A stretch of 63,240 bases of DNA, counting the filler, from Octopus bimaculoides (Eukaryota), in the NCBI RefSeq assembly GCF_001194135.2. It is 4 parts of 4 records of this genome, joined end to end, with 100 filler letters (N's around TTAATTAATTAA, not from the genome) between each part and the next. Parts side by side here need not be neighbours in the genome. Positions count along the whole stretch, not along the records: positions 41,418 to 59,848 come from NC_069003.1; positions 59,949 to 63,240 come from NC_069009.1; 2 more parts are not named here. One strand, given 5' to 3'. Of this stretch, positions 49,831-62,684 are shown one piece after another. The translations under genes were made by a program, and so were the position numbers. Position 1 is the first letter of the stretch, and each line of letters begins with the position of its first letter. The notes below the pieces were generated by a model. That model saw nothing but the letters and a program-made list of their open reading frames with translations, did not search any database and was not told where the DNA came from.

Positions 49831-50290
49831 TTCGTGTAAGGTTGGTTGTTAAAATCTTCGTTGTAAATTCATTATAACTACATTTACAGTGTTGGCTATT
49901 AAACTGACGTAGTTCTTCTCTAATATCTACAATAGAAAATTTAATTCAATCAACACTGACTTTGATAAGGCAATTACCATTATTCAATGGGAAATACATA
50001 CGGTGAAACAATTGTGAATTTGTGGTTCTGAGATTTGGTTTGATGCTATTGGAGAAAAATAGAATGGTAGAGCATTGTGTTCTACATTTCAGAATGTGTT
50101 ATATCAAGAGGAATTCTTCTAATAACAAAGTTATTTTTAGCAGCATAAAGTTTAAAATTCTATGAAAATTTCACCTACAAGATTCGTAGGATATGCGAGA
50201 GAATAGTTCTTTATATTTGGAACAATGATACATATATACGTATGTGTACTTGAACATATATATGTACACGCATATATATGTACATATATG

Positions 50291-50354
<64 letters not shown>

Positions 50355-51066
50355 AGAATAAATGGGAACATGTGTGAATACATACATATATATGTGTGAA
50401 TATATACAGGCATATATATGTACATATATATATATATTTCACACACCCACACATACCTATCTATATATACGCACATACAGTATATATATATATATGGGGG
50501 AGGTATATTTTTATAGGTGTACATTTTGTGTATAAATACATATGCATATATATGTGTATGTGTGTGTGGATGGGTCTAGGTGTGTATGTATGTATGCATA
50601 TCAACATACGTATATACATATATACACATAGATATCAAGATACCATATTATATACAATGCGAGTGTGTGAGAAGGAGATAGAAGGAGAGACATTGTCATC
50701 TCCATTCTGAGCGAGTGCAATCATACACAAAAGCTTTTTCAACTCTGCGTCCATTATTACTGAAAGTACTTTTCCGTAGTATTTCACTCGGCTATTAAGC
50801 TTCTTCCACTTGAACATCCATTCAAGAGCCAAAGCCCTGTGTGGAACAATATTCATATGCATTTTACTTAAATGACACAATACTACTTGAAATCTCTCCC
50901 GGATATCTTACACAAAGCAAGTTTAGAATTATTAATAAAATGAAGAGGTCACAGAAAGGATGCCGTTGATCTACGATTTGTATATCCAAGAGTAAACCTA
51001 AGCATCATTATTGATAGGAGGTACAAGAAAATTCTCTTCCTCCACCAATACTATACTTCTCAGAAG

Positions 51067-51240
51067 ATGGTGAGCTGGCAGAAAGCTTAGCACGCCGGGC
51101 AAAATACTTAGCATTATTTCGTCTGTCTTTACGTTCTCAGCTCAAATTCCACCGAAGTCACCTTTGCCTTTCACTCTTTCGGGATCGGTAAATTAAATAC
51201 TGGTTGCGTACTGGGTTCGATCTAATCGACTTGTCTTAAT
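51067..51240 (+). mobile_element. SINE family C copy, CpG-retaining
   Basis: atggtgagctggcagaaagcttagcacgccgggcaaaatacttagc...ttcgggatcggtaaattaaatactggttgcgtactgggttcgatctaatcgac. Confidence 0.85.
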
Positions 51241-52229
51241 TGTATTTAAATTAAAGAACCTAATAAACTATATGAAGAAAATTCTCTGAGAAAAGAACAA
51301 TATGTGGTGTCAAATTATGTAAACCTTTTAAAAGTCGATCCAGTCAAGAAAAAATAGGCAGAAAATTGACCCGATATCGTCTTTTATCTTCTTTTAATCA
51401 TTTAACATCTGTTAATTGCGAAAGGAAGATAGAATACTTAAATTTTCCTAATACTAGAAAGCGCATTAGATGTGGCCCAGTAGAAAAGAAGTTGTGGAGT
51501 ATGGTGGAAAAAAAGAAACACTATTCGAATGGAAAGAATTTCCTGTTGCATTTCAAGATAGGAAAGGAACAAAATCTTCTTTGGTTTTAATTGATATATT
51601 TAATCAAGATAACATTTTGTCTCATTGTTAAGATAATTCTATCTATTTGAAAATTTGATATCCCCCGCACATAAAACCTCCCTTCGAATCGAAGAAATAC
51701 AAATTATTATTGTTTACTTCTTAGAAATTATTCTGTTGTTTGAAGAAAATTGGGAATGTGTATCACATATGATACATAAACGAAAGTGAAATATATTCTG
51801 CGTATCACGTGTGATGCACAGGGCAAGCAAGGAGTTAAAAGAAAGCCTTCCACAGGATATCCTAACTCAAAGGAATATGGTTTGCATATATACACAATGA
51901 AAGCCCTCTCATATGATGTCGTTCTCAATCACTATTTTCTCTCAAAATAATATTGTAATAATCTAAAAACATGACATGCAGACGTAACACGGTTTGGAGA
52001 GAAAGGAATCTGAAGTAATCCTTCTATATTTAGCGTCATAATCATTTTTCGTGTACGTGATTTTGAATTATTGCTTAAGTGCAACCTGCATATAATATTT
52101 TTATCCATTATATTCTTAAGTACAAGTTTTACGCGAGATTTATTTGTTGATTGTATCAGGTCAAGCTAGCACGTAAAGGCTCTGACCGAGGCAATAATTC
52201 GCTCTTCATTCTCAGTATCATTTTCCATT

Positions 52230-53465
52230 CATCTCTCCTTTTCAAGTTTTAGTATATTGCAATGGCGACAGTTCTTTGGAAGCCTCTCTGTGTTTTACTT
52301 TAATGTTCAGAAGTCAGTTGCTAACCTTGTATCCGTTTATCAGCCATTATATTACGATTTTGTGTGCATGTTTTCATAAAGAAACGGAACAAGATATAAT
52401 GGAGTGTTGCAGTATTAAGTAAACTTTCTTGAAATATGTTTTAATACTTCTTATAATGGTATAAATGGGAAAACGGAACATGGAGAGATAAATGAATCTA
52501 AAACAACTTTTGTCTGTAAAAAGTATTACCATTAGGAAGAAAAGAGTAGCATCAAAAACCGAGAAAACTCGATAAAAATATTTTTAATTGAAACCAAAAT
52601 GTACAGGGCATTAAATTTGGAGACTTGTAAATATTGCCGGTGAAATTCGAACGCAGATTTACGTAATATGTCCAGAGTAGATTAGGATAGAATAAAACGA
52701 GGGCACCCACTGACAGAATATTAGTGTAATTGTTAGGTTTGAAAGGAAACGTTTTCACTAGGCAATGTAAAGTGAATTTCAATATATATCGAAGTAAAGA
52801 GATTAAAAATATTACGGTGTAAAGTGTATCACACATATATATTTAAAAATATTGAACTAGAAAGAGGTTACATTCACAGTTAAACTATATTGCTTGAAAT
52901 AAACCAATGTGTCAAGACCTGCAGGTCCATGTCTTGAACAACTGTGATCATTAATCTGCTTGAACAAAGTTATATTCCAATAATAACACCAGTTTTAAGA
53001 AAATAATCGTCACCCTTCTGAAAATCTGTTCACTTCACATCTCTGACTACGACTTGTATCGGCACTAACCGTAAATATTTTCCCAGATAAAAAGCTTTAC
53101 TTGAAATACTATATATTCTAGTTCGAAACAGACATTTCACGCGTTTATTCGCACGGAGTTTCTATTTATACCATAAATAAAATCCCAATCGGTAGAATAT
53201 TTACTGGTGTTTATAGAATATTGATATCTATCCGATTATATGGAAATGTATATTCTCCTTATATTGTGGACTTTTCTAATACTCTTTTCAGAGAATGTAA
53301 GGAAATATCAAATAGACTCTATAATCTTCCACTTGCCTAGATGTTATCTAATTAAATATTTCGGTTTCAGAGGTGCAAGTGTTTCAAATTTCACTTCAGA
53401 AAACGGAATATAGATATAAATGGCTGATGACTAGCATCGCGATTGAAACTCAAGAGTACCAACAA
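52230..53465 (+). mobile_element. Possible very decayed Penelope-like element ending in a hammerhead-like motif
   Basis: Colinear weak motifs VYCNGD (like LYRDDG), VNFLEICFN (like VNFLDVTLN) and IFLIETKMYRAL, followed by the motif at 53421. Individually weak. Confidence 0.4.
53421..53461 (+). ncRNA. Degenerate type I hammerhead-like motif
   Basis: UGG-CUGAUGA-[CUAGCAUCGCGAUU]-GAAA-CUC(AA)GAG-UA-CCA: canonical core, 4-bp stem III ACUC/GAGU, GUA triplet, 3-bp stem I; stem II is poorly paired. Confidence 0.5.
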
Positions 53466-53490
53466 ATTTGAATCAAACCGTTTTGATCCA

Positions 53491-53543
<53 letters not shown>

Positions 53544-55715
53544 GTTTGTTGATGTTAAATCGATGAATTTTTCATGTCACTGATGTCTAGAGATAATTCA
53601 AATCCATCACTCTATATTTCGCATACAATACTTACTATTAATGGCCAGTATATTATACTATTACAATTGCATAGCAGAGAACTTATTGCGGGATTGTAGT
53701 TGCATGATTTCGTTTATAGAAATCGGTATTGAGATATTGAACTGTATAGTATCATATTTTATTTTATATTCATCCCCCATTGTATAGCGTAAAGAGAAAA
53801 TATTTCATAAAACTGAAAGTAATTTTCAAATATATGTCACATGAAATTCTCGGTGTTCAATTGTAAGTGTTTTTACTACTCGACGCTAGAACATGCTCGG
53901 TATAGTTCGGAAAATGATATATACATTTAAAATATACATATACATACAGCCATGCAAACAAATGATACACACACAAATGTATATATATATATATATATGC
54001 ATACTTACGCACATATACATATGCCTTTATACTTTAATGTTTGTTGATGTCGAGGTAATTCTACACGATATAAATTGTCTAAACTTTATCCATTATTAAA
54101 AGGCAACCTCATACTTTAATGTTATGCACCTATGAAGCCACTTTCACTCGTATATTAGATATAATTATTCCAGTGTCAACGGCCTGAGTAAATAAACGCT
54201 CATATTCACCTCTACTAAGTCAGGCAATATCGTCAGGAATTGTAGAATGCTGTGTTACAGAACGCAGTCGTAGTGATATTAATATGACCAGATGGTCGCA
54301 GACGGGATAAATTTGTTCATAGATCTCCACATCCGAGAGTAAATACCGACATCAGTAGGAAATATAACAAATACAAAATTATATTCTTCAGGTTTCTACT
54401 TTGTACAAAGTCAGAAATTTTATTAAAGCATTCCCCGGTCAAATATCATAAATCTGTAAACGACAATCAATATTCTCGTATCAAACACACAAGATGTATC
54501 TCTCAAGCATAACATATAACAATAGTAAATTTCTTTCACACTCCATATTTGTTTGCTTATCATAGAGTAACTGCCACTTGCAAAATGCTTATTCGTATGT
54601 ATCCAAATAGGAAACAATGCAGGTACGGGAGTTGTAGTTTTCTTAATTAATTGAACTTGGTGTACTAGAGGATAAGAAGGGGAAGTCTAAATATATAGCT
54701 CGTATACTGGTATTTTGAAGTTAAATATTATTCCTTTTGAGTAGGTTCGGAAGGGAAAATATAATGGCAAATATTAAAAAGATTAATGTGCCTTCGGATA
54801 GCATATTTGCAATATCGTTAACTTTGAAAGGTATTTAGGATAAATACGGATTGTTAGGAACTTAGATTAAATATTAGGCACTTTGAAGAAGAGACATTTA
54901 TTATGGGTGTTATGGGTAACAGATTTTGTGTATGAAGTGAGAAAGAGTGTCATCAAACTGAAAAGTGAAAGAGGGGATGTTATGAAAAAGAGAAATGTTT
55001 TTGAAAAAATCATTTTTCGGAGTTTTAGCTGTTATTTGTAGAATGTCAAGCGCTCACCTCGAGGATACAATAATTTCATTTCCTGGCTCAATTGGTATCG
55101 ACGCATATGCGTCATGTATCGGTATCCAAGGAAGGTAAATGAGGGATTGATGTAAAAAAAAAAAAAACACTGAATTTTGGAAAACATAATTTGTCACATT
55201 TTTTCTTATTTCAAGTATGTTGAGCATTTTTTGAGTCCTCTTTCATCTCATGTATCGGTTCAACCAGCATTCATGAGTGCGTAAATTCGCAATCGAGTTC
55301 AAAAATATCTGCAAAGTTGGCATGAAAAGTGGTGGAAGGGGAAGAGGGATTTTCTAACAAAATTAAAATTTCGAAAATATATATATTTTCCAGAAAAACT
55401 CCGTATTTATCCACATGGAAATCCCGAAACAATTTTGAAAAGAATTGAGAAGAAACATTTATGGTGATGGTGCTGTGTGTGTATGAATTTGTGTGTGTAT
55501 ATGAGTGTGTATATGTGAGTGTGTGTGTGTTAACGGCGTAGTTTGAAAAACTCTGCAAAAATCTGAGGGTGCTCAATAAAGTCCTTTGCTGAAAGTATGG
55601 GATACCCACGACTATTTTTCAAGAAAAGAAACAGAAAAGAAAAAAAAGGTCTAGTGAACATTCACCATATCTGCAGCATATGTCTTCCTTTTTTTAATCT
55701 GATTATACTAACTAA

Positions 55716-55890
55716 CGTGTGATGGCTTAGTGGTTAAGGTATTCGACTCGTGATTATAAGGTCATGATTTCGATTCCCGGCGGCACGTTGTTTCCTTGAG
55801 CAACACACTTTATTTCACGTTGGTCCAGTCCACTTAGCTGGCAAACACATTTTTGTCACGCTGAATCTCCCTGAGAACCACGTTAAGGGT
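55716..55890 (+). mobile_element. SINE family A copy
   Basis: gatggcttagtggttaaggtattcgactcg...tttcgattcccggcggcacgttgtttccttgagcaacacactttatttcacgttggtccagtccacttagctggc...cacgctgaatctccctgagaaccacgttaagggta. Confidence 0.85.
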
Positions 55891-56384
55891 ATGGAATGTT
55901 CACGTGAAAGTTAATTTCACGAGCATCCTGTTTCATTGATCGGAACATCTGGAACCCACCTTGTCATAACTTACTGAGTGACGACCAGTACTAATTGATT
56001 CCTTATACGAGCCTTAACTACATTCAGTGGATCGTAATCTTTATATCTTGTGATTGCATGCGTGTATGTCTGTGCGTTTGCATACACACATGCACATAAA
56101 CGCGAATATTATAGCATAACTATAGTTTTTGCAGCAATAATTTTCCTCAGATTTGACATTTTTGCCACCCACCCCAGTGTTTTTAACATCAGTTTTGACG
56201 CATTTTCAGATTCCGTTCATTTAGTTCGCTTACTAGAATTTAATTATACTAATTGCTTCTTTTCGAAAATCAAGAGAAATAAGATGGATTAAGTACAAAT
56301 TTATTCCTTGTTGCTTCTCTCATTGACGACATTTTGTCGCATAATTTTTCTTTCGTTTTCGGTTCACATCACCAATGTTTGGTT

Positions 56385-56645
56385 AGAATCAGTATTAAAT
56401 TTATCAAATTAGATCTTATACGAAAGCTTATATAGAATAGGTCATTTTTTTTGTTTTTATTTTACTTTGATATTTAGTTAGTGTAAGTATTAAATTTATT
56501 AAATTAGATCATTTACGAAAGCTTATCTATAATAAATCTTTATTTTTTGTTGTTTTTGTTTCACATGACCAATGATTCATTAGTATCGGCATTAAACTTA
56601 TTTAGTTAGATCTTATGCGAAAGTTTATCTATAATAAATTATCTT
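56385..56645. repeat. AT-rich tandem repeat, unit about 95-102 bp, 3 copies
   Basis: attaaa.ttat..a.ttagatc.t.t.cgaaag.ttat.ta.aata recurs at about 56391, 56486 and 56588. Confidence 0.85.
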
Positions 56646-57267
56646 TTAAAGTATAAGAGATATAATGTGTTACGCTTCTTCTGATTTGACCAAATTGTGC
56701 TCAATAAGAATGCCACCAATTCTTATGGCTTGCGCTTTTCTAATACCGAAGCACCGAACCCCTAAGAACGCCTGACAACGCTGCAATAAGAGAAGAAAAA
56801 TGATTTAAAGAAGAAATCAGGCGTTCGTCTGTCTCTGGTTTGACTACGTTTTACCTTGGAAGTACAAACTTTACAAACAAGATTCCTTTCATTGAGATCT
56901 ATCTGTGTAAGTGCAACAAAGTTTGTTTCGGGGTTACAAACCCAAATTCAACGCAGGACGTCAAAAGCGTTTTCATTGACCCGTAGAACATTTTAGAGAG
57001 TACGCTTGTAGCCCGTGCAAATCTACAGCGAATATAACACAGAAAGAATGTGCTTTGAACGTGAAGCAAAACTTTGTACACCAAATTCTATCGTAGCACA
57101 TTTTTTACTAAACTTATTTGTGTATTATAAGGAAGCACTGGTTCTTTTAAATGAACATAACCACATTTCAATTTAGCCAAGCATTCAATTAGCTACGGGG
57201 CATGCAAGTGGTCACCGAATAATAAATGTAAACATTAAGAATATTGTAAGCCCACTGCTGTAGGCGA

Positions 57268-57335
<68 letters not shown>

Positions 57336-59633
57336 CACAAGAGTGTCATATATATACACAACTGCGTCATATAGCCAGCTGGAGATGATGTTTCTTGGGG
57401 CTAAATAACTGTAACATTTGTCCTAAACCAGAACTACCACGTAATGTAGATGAATAATTTTTAACCTCTCTCTCTCTCTCCCCCGATATATATACATAAA
57501 AACGACCATCTCTATAAGCATAACGCCTTGACGTTCGTCAGCAGCTCAATGGGGTCGTTTCGAATTCATGTGTAGTTTCTTGATTTTTCTTCCTCATATT
57601 TGGCAAGTTAGAAATTTGAATTTAAAATGAAAGAATTATAAGGATAACTATGCATAGAATTCACTTATTTCATTATTTACTCTTTCTTTCTGTTTATTTA
57701 ATAGGATGTTCTTCCAGTTTCCAAATTTCGAAGGACACGAAATAATGAATACAAATATACAAAGATATCTTTAAATAAAACTTCTCTTCACATGTTACAA
57801 TTTGAGATAATGCTATAAATTAGAAATTGTGGAGACATCCTACAAATTACTTGTCAACAATACAGTTCAAAAGTATGTTATTATATTTGTGATTTATCAT
57901 ATTGTAAGTATCACTATGCAATGCATTATCCATATGTGACCACTTCATATCGTCAGTGGCAGTTGTCTTATACTTAATGACTATCATTACGCCCGAAGAC
58001 ACGCGAGTAAACTGTTCCAACAATTGACGGGAATCATTTATAACTTCATCGATATAAAACAAGATATTGTGAACATGGAGATAATAAACAAGTAGAAAAT
58101 CAAATGCTTACGCTTGATATCTTTGCTGATGTTGGTACGAGGAGAATAATTTCATTAGATAGCAGCGAGAACAAGACTCAGAACAAGAATCAACCCACCC
58201 CACTCCGTGAAGAAAAGACAATCATTTTATATGTTCACTTTAAATACTCCTCAGATACCACCCATTGATTGTACTTGAACGCATTAAATCATGTCACGTT
58301 TATCTAATTCATGTGAGTGATTTGAATGACAGCTTGTCCATTTTCTGCTTGTTTTTATCTGTAATCTATTGAAGTTTGGTCACACTTCGGTAAAGGTGAT
58401 TCATTCGGGTTATCAATGACTTTAACACCTACGTTAAGATAATTGTTATTTAATGTGCTAACGAAAACGCCATTTGTTACTATTATCGTAAAATTTGACA
58501 ACCTGAAAGGGTTCGATTTCTTTTGATTTTTTTTCTTCTTTTTTTGATATTGAAACCAAACTTCTGAAGATTTAGTCATCATTGTACATAGAAGATGTCA
58601 CTGGGACTTCACTTGGAATCTCAAAATGTGTTGCTCCGAACTGGAAGCAGCTACTAACATCATGAAGTTATCTCTGTGATTGTTGTAGTATATAATCATA
58701 AACATGCAACTTATCTTTGGTTATATATTTCACTCTGAAACTGAACAGCAGTTTTAGGTGCTAATTTTCTTTTAATATTTTATTCGTGTTGCAGTCATTT
58801 CGTACTCCAAAAATCAGAGGTACGAAAACAAAAGTTATCTATTTATGAAGAATTCTGAAAAAAAATCCCCATAACATTCTGGATACTTTCTAGAGAGAAA
58901 AAAATATAAATTTCACCATCACCAACGTTGCAGGTAGGCAGATTGTAGAGAATGAATGATAATGCTACTAAAACTTTTACTAATCACATTACTTTTATCA
59001 TAAATAGTGAAAAAGTATTAGACTAATAATGTCATTATTGAATGCATATTAAGCTAGCGACAGGGCAGAAACTTCGCTTGTCGGACAAATTGCTTAGTGA
59101 CCACTTGCCACTCTAAGTTCTGAGCTGAAATCCAACCGAAATTGACTAAATCTTCATCCTTTCTGCCTCGATTAAAATAAAGTACCAGCGAAACCCAGGC
59201 CTTCCGTCTGTATTTGAAACTATTTTCGAATACATAATTAACTTCAGTGTTTGACTCGGGAATTTAGCTCTACAAAGTCAGAAAAAAGTTCTAGCAGAAT
59301 TTAAATACGCTATTAATACTTTCAGTTTGCAATACACATGAATTTAATTTTTTGGTTCAGATATTTCGCACCGAATTTTTTTTTTTTTGAAAAATAAGCA
59401 AATAAAATAAAATAAATTCAAAAAGCGGAATTTGCTTTAATAATTTCTAAATTTCTTCTTTGTAAATCATAAAATTCGATGTCTGATTTTATATTCAATG
59501 TGTTGCACAAAGTTAAAGGCCTGCGTCGGTTCATAATCTGATACAGCCGTTGCGTAAAAAATAGAGGAAAACTAAACAAAAATGAAATACTAACAATAAT
59601 TTACAAATTACTATCTTATTATTATTATTATTA

Positions 59634-59668
<35 letters not shown>

Positions 59669-59848
59669 GTTATTATCATTATTATGAACAATTATTCATG
59701 ATGAAAATATGATTTAAAAAATATAGAAACAAAAAGAAATGCAATTTATTATCATATTTTTGAACCGCACTAATGTGTATGCCATAGAAATCCAAAGAAA
59801 TTTGTTAAAGAATGAAAACAACGTTATAAAGTCAGAATTCATATGTCT

Positions 59849-59948
59849 NNNNNNNNNNNNNNNNNNNNNNNNNNNNNNNNNNNNNNNNNNNNTTAATTAA
59901 TTAANNNNNNNNNNNNNNNNNNNNNNNNNNNNNNNNNNNNNNNNNNNN
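59849..59948. other. Artificial scaffold spacer N44-TTAATTAATTAA-N44
   Basis: Identical to the other two spacers. Confidence 0.97.
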
Positions 59949-60254
59949 AACGTGCAAGTGGCTGAGCACTCCACAGACACGTGTACCCTTAACGTAGTTC
60001 TCGGGGATATTCAGCGTGACACAGTGTGACAAGGCTGACCCTTTGAATTATAGGCACAACAGAAACAGGAAGTAAGAGTGAGAGAAAGTTGTGGTGGAAG
60101 AGTACAGCAGGGTTCATCACCATCCCCTGTCGGAGCCTCGTGGAGCTTTAGGTGTTTTCGCTCAATAAACACTCACAATGCCCGGTCTGGGAATCGAAAC
60201 CGCGATCCTATGACCGCGAGTCCGCTGCCCTAACCACTGGGCCATTGTGCCTCC
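59949..60254 (-). mobile_element. Young tRNA-derived SINE, same subfamily as 48067-48360
   Basis: Reverse complement begins ggaggcacaatggcccagtggttagggcagcggactcgcggtcataggatcgcggtttcgattcccagaccggg. Confidence 0.9.
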
Positions 60255-60659
60255 ACACACACATATATATACATGTATGTATGCGTGTATTTGTGTGTCT
60301 ATGTTTGTCCCCACCACCATCACTTGACAACTGATGCTGGTGCGTTTGCTTTCTCGTAACTTAGCAGTGGGAGAGAAAAAGAGAGAGAAAGGTAGAGAGA
60401 GAGAGAGAGAAAGAGAGAGAGGAATATAACGGGAGGGGGAGAGACAAAGAGAAAGACAGAAGAGAAAAGAAGAGAGAGAGATAGAGAGAAAGAGAGAGAT
60501 AGCTTCTGCAGCTGCTTTGTGAAAACACCAGATCAGCCCAAACCAAACCAAACCAAACCAAACCAGTTCATTGCAGACGTTAGACAGGGACTTTATTATT
60601 TTGTAGTACGTGTCCCCCTTTAAGACTCACTATTTAACATGGAATACATTCTCTTGATC

Positions 60660-60916
60660 TTTTTGTCTTTGTTTCTTTCACTCATTTGACTGTGGCCATG
60701 CTGAAGTACCACCTTGAAGGGTTTTAGTTAAACGAATTGACCCCAGGACTTCATTTTCTTTTTAAGTCTGGCACTTATTCTGTTGGTCCCTTATGACTGA
60801 ACTGCTAAGGTATGGGGATGTAAACAAACCAACACTGGTTGTCAAGTGCCAATGGGCAACAAACATAAAAGCACACATGCACACACATATATGTATACAT
60901 ATACACAGATACACAC

Positions 60917-60975
<59 letters not shown>

Positions 60976-61345
60976 TATGGCTATGTGGTAAGTAGCTTGC
61001 TTCCCAATCACATGGTTCCGGGTTCAGTCCCACTGCGTGGCACATTGGGCAAGTGTCTTCTACTATAGCCTCGGACCGACCAAAGCCTTGTGAGTGGATT
61101 CGGTAGACAGAAACTATTATTATCCATTATTGCAATCCAATATGTAGTCTCAGTTGTCAAGTGGTGGTGGATACAAGCCACCCCCTCCCCACATACAGAT
61201 GATGGGCTTCTTTCAGTTTCCATCTACCAAACCCATTCACAAGGCTTTGGTCAGTGGAAGACGCTTGCCCAAGGTTCCATCAGTAGAACTGAACCTAGAA
61301 CCATGTAGTTCGGAAGCTAGCTTCTTACCACACAGCCACGTCTGC
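60660..61345. mobile_element. Nested SINE family B pieces: a minus-strand copy interrupted by a plus-strand head (60975-61115)
   Basis: Minus 3' half at 60660-60890, plus head tggctatgtggtaagtagcttgc at 60978, minus head ...cttcttaccacacagcca at about 61200-61340. Confidence 0.8.
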
Positions 61346-61502
61346 ACCTATGCGTGTGTGTGTGCGTATGCATGTGTGTGTGTGTGCATATATTTATACA
61401 AAATTGAGGATAAAATCATTTAAATGTTTGTCCAAAGCTGGACTTGCTAGTTGTATGAAATCACATGACAGTATTTACTAATTGAAGAGATGGTCTTCTT
61501 CG

Positions 61503-61565
61503 GTCAGCATGGCTGAGTATTCTGGTCCACTAATGTGGGCATGGGTTCGAATCCCACTTCTGACA
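61503..61565 (+). pseudogene. tRNA-Leu pseudogene with the D-loop 3' half and anticodon arm 5' side deleted (probably Leu-CAA type)
   Basis: GTCAGCATGGCTGAGT/ATTCTGGT-CCAC(TAAT)GTGG-GC-ATGGG(TTCGAAT)CCCAC-TTCTGACA: Leu-type acceptor ends GTCAG...CTGACA, long variable arm, intact T-loop. About 20 nt, including the anticodon, are missing relative to eukaryotic tRNA-Leu as recalled. Confidence 0.8.
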
Positions 61566-61577
61566 GATAATTTTCAT

Positions 61578-62004
61578 AGGTGTAGGAGTGGTTGTGTGGT
61601 AAGAAGCTTGCTTCCCAACCACATGATTCCGGTTTCAGCCCCACTGCACGGCATCTTGGGCAGGAGTCTTCTACTATAGCCTCGAGCCAACCAAGGCCTT
61701 GTGAGTGGATTTGGTAGACGGAAACTGAAAGAAGCCTGTCGTATACATATATATATATATATATATATACATATGTGTGTGTGTGTGTGTGAGTGTTTGC
61801 ATGTCTGTGTTTGTCTCCCCCCCACCATCACTTGACAACCAATGGTGTGTTTATGTCCCCAAAACTTAGTGGTTTGGCAAAAGAGACCAATAGAATAAGT
61901 ACTGGGCTTGCAAAGAATAAGTCCTGGGGTCGATTCGTTCAGGTAAAGGCGGTGCTCCAGCATGGCTGCAGTCAAATGACTGAAACAAATAAAAGAATAA
62001 AAGA

Positions 62005-62005
<1 letters not shown>
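61578..62005 (+). mobile_element. SINE family B, full-length
   Basis: Head aggtgtaggagtggttgtgtggtaagaagcttgcttcccaacc through tail ggcggtgctccagcatggctgcagtcaaatgactgaaacaaataaaagaataaaaga. Confidence 0.92.
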
Positions 62006-62079
<74 letters not shown>

Positions 62080-62084
62080 ACAGA

Positions 62085-62200
62085 CTGGAAATTGGTGCAG
62101 TTCTCCATCTTGCCAGTCCTGGTCAAACTGTTCAACCCATGCCAGCATGGAAAATGGGCATTAAAGCATGATGATAATAATGATGGTGATGGTGGTGGTG
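62085..62200 (+). mobile_element. LINE/SINE 3' tail fragment with (GAT/GGT)n
   Basis: gtcaaactgttcaacccatgccagcatggaaaatgggcattaaagcatgatgat, related to 24735-24905. Confidence 0.65.
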
Positions 62201-62647
62201 GTGGAAATAATTTTTGTCTCTTTATATGGACACAAAAGGGTTTATAAGACTGCAAAGAAGAAGTGCTCAGATGTCACTGAGACAAAAACAAGAACATTGA
62301 TCAGAGAACAAACATCAAAATTTGAGTCAATGGCTTTATATATAACACCACACCTCCAAGCATTTGATCATATATATAAATATTACCATGGCCTTTAACA
62401 TATGAAGGAAGCATATGTAAAAAAGACACAGAAGGTAAAAAATATATATGCAAATAAGAATACAGCTATATAGAACGGCCTAAGGTATATACAATCGACT
62501 AAAAATTCTAAAGCATGCCATGTGACTAAAAATCTAAATAAAATAAAATATCAATCGACTAAAAACATTTTCTTACTTCCCTCAAATAAAAATATGTCCA
62601 AAAAGTTCAAGTCATAAAAAAATATATATATACATATATATATATAT

Positions 62648-62684
<37 letters not shown>

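Noticed and set aside
54900-55620. Possible MITE/Helitron-like segment with the palindrome gacgcatatgcgtc
   Set aside because: No matching termini or second copy in the window to define it.
56804-56986. 60-codon open frame with an internal gtaagt donor
   Set aside because: No ATG, poor acceptor and no recognisable homology.
57500-57570. CTGACGA and CGAAAC on the minus strand as a type II hammerhead
   Set aside because: Stems II and III cannot be paired and there is no UH triplet in place.
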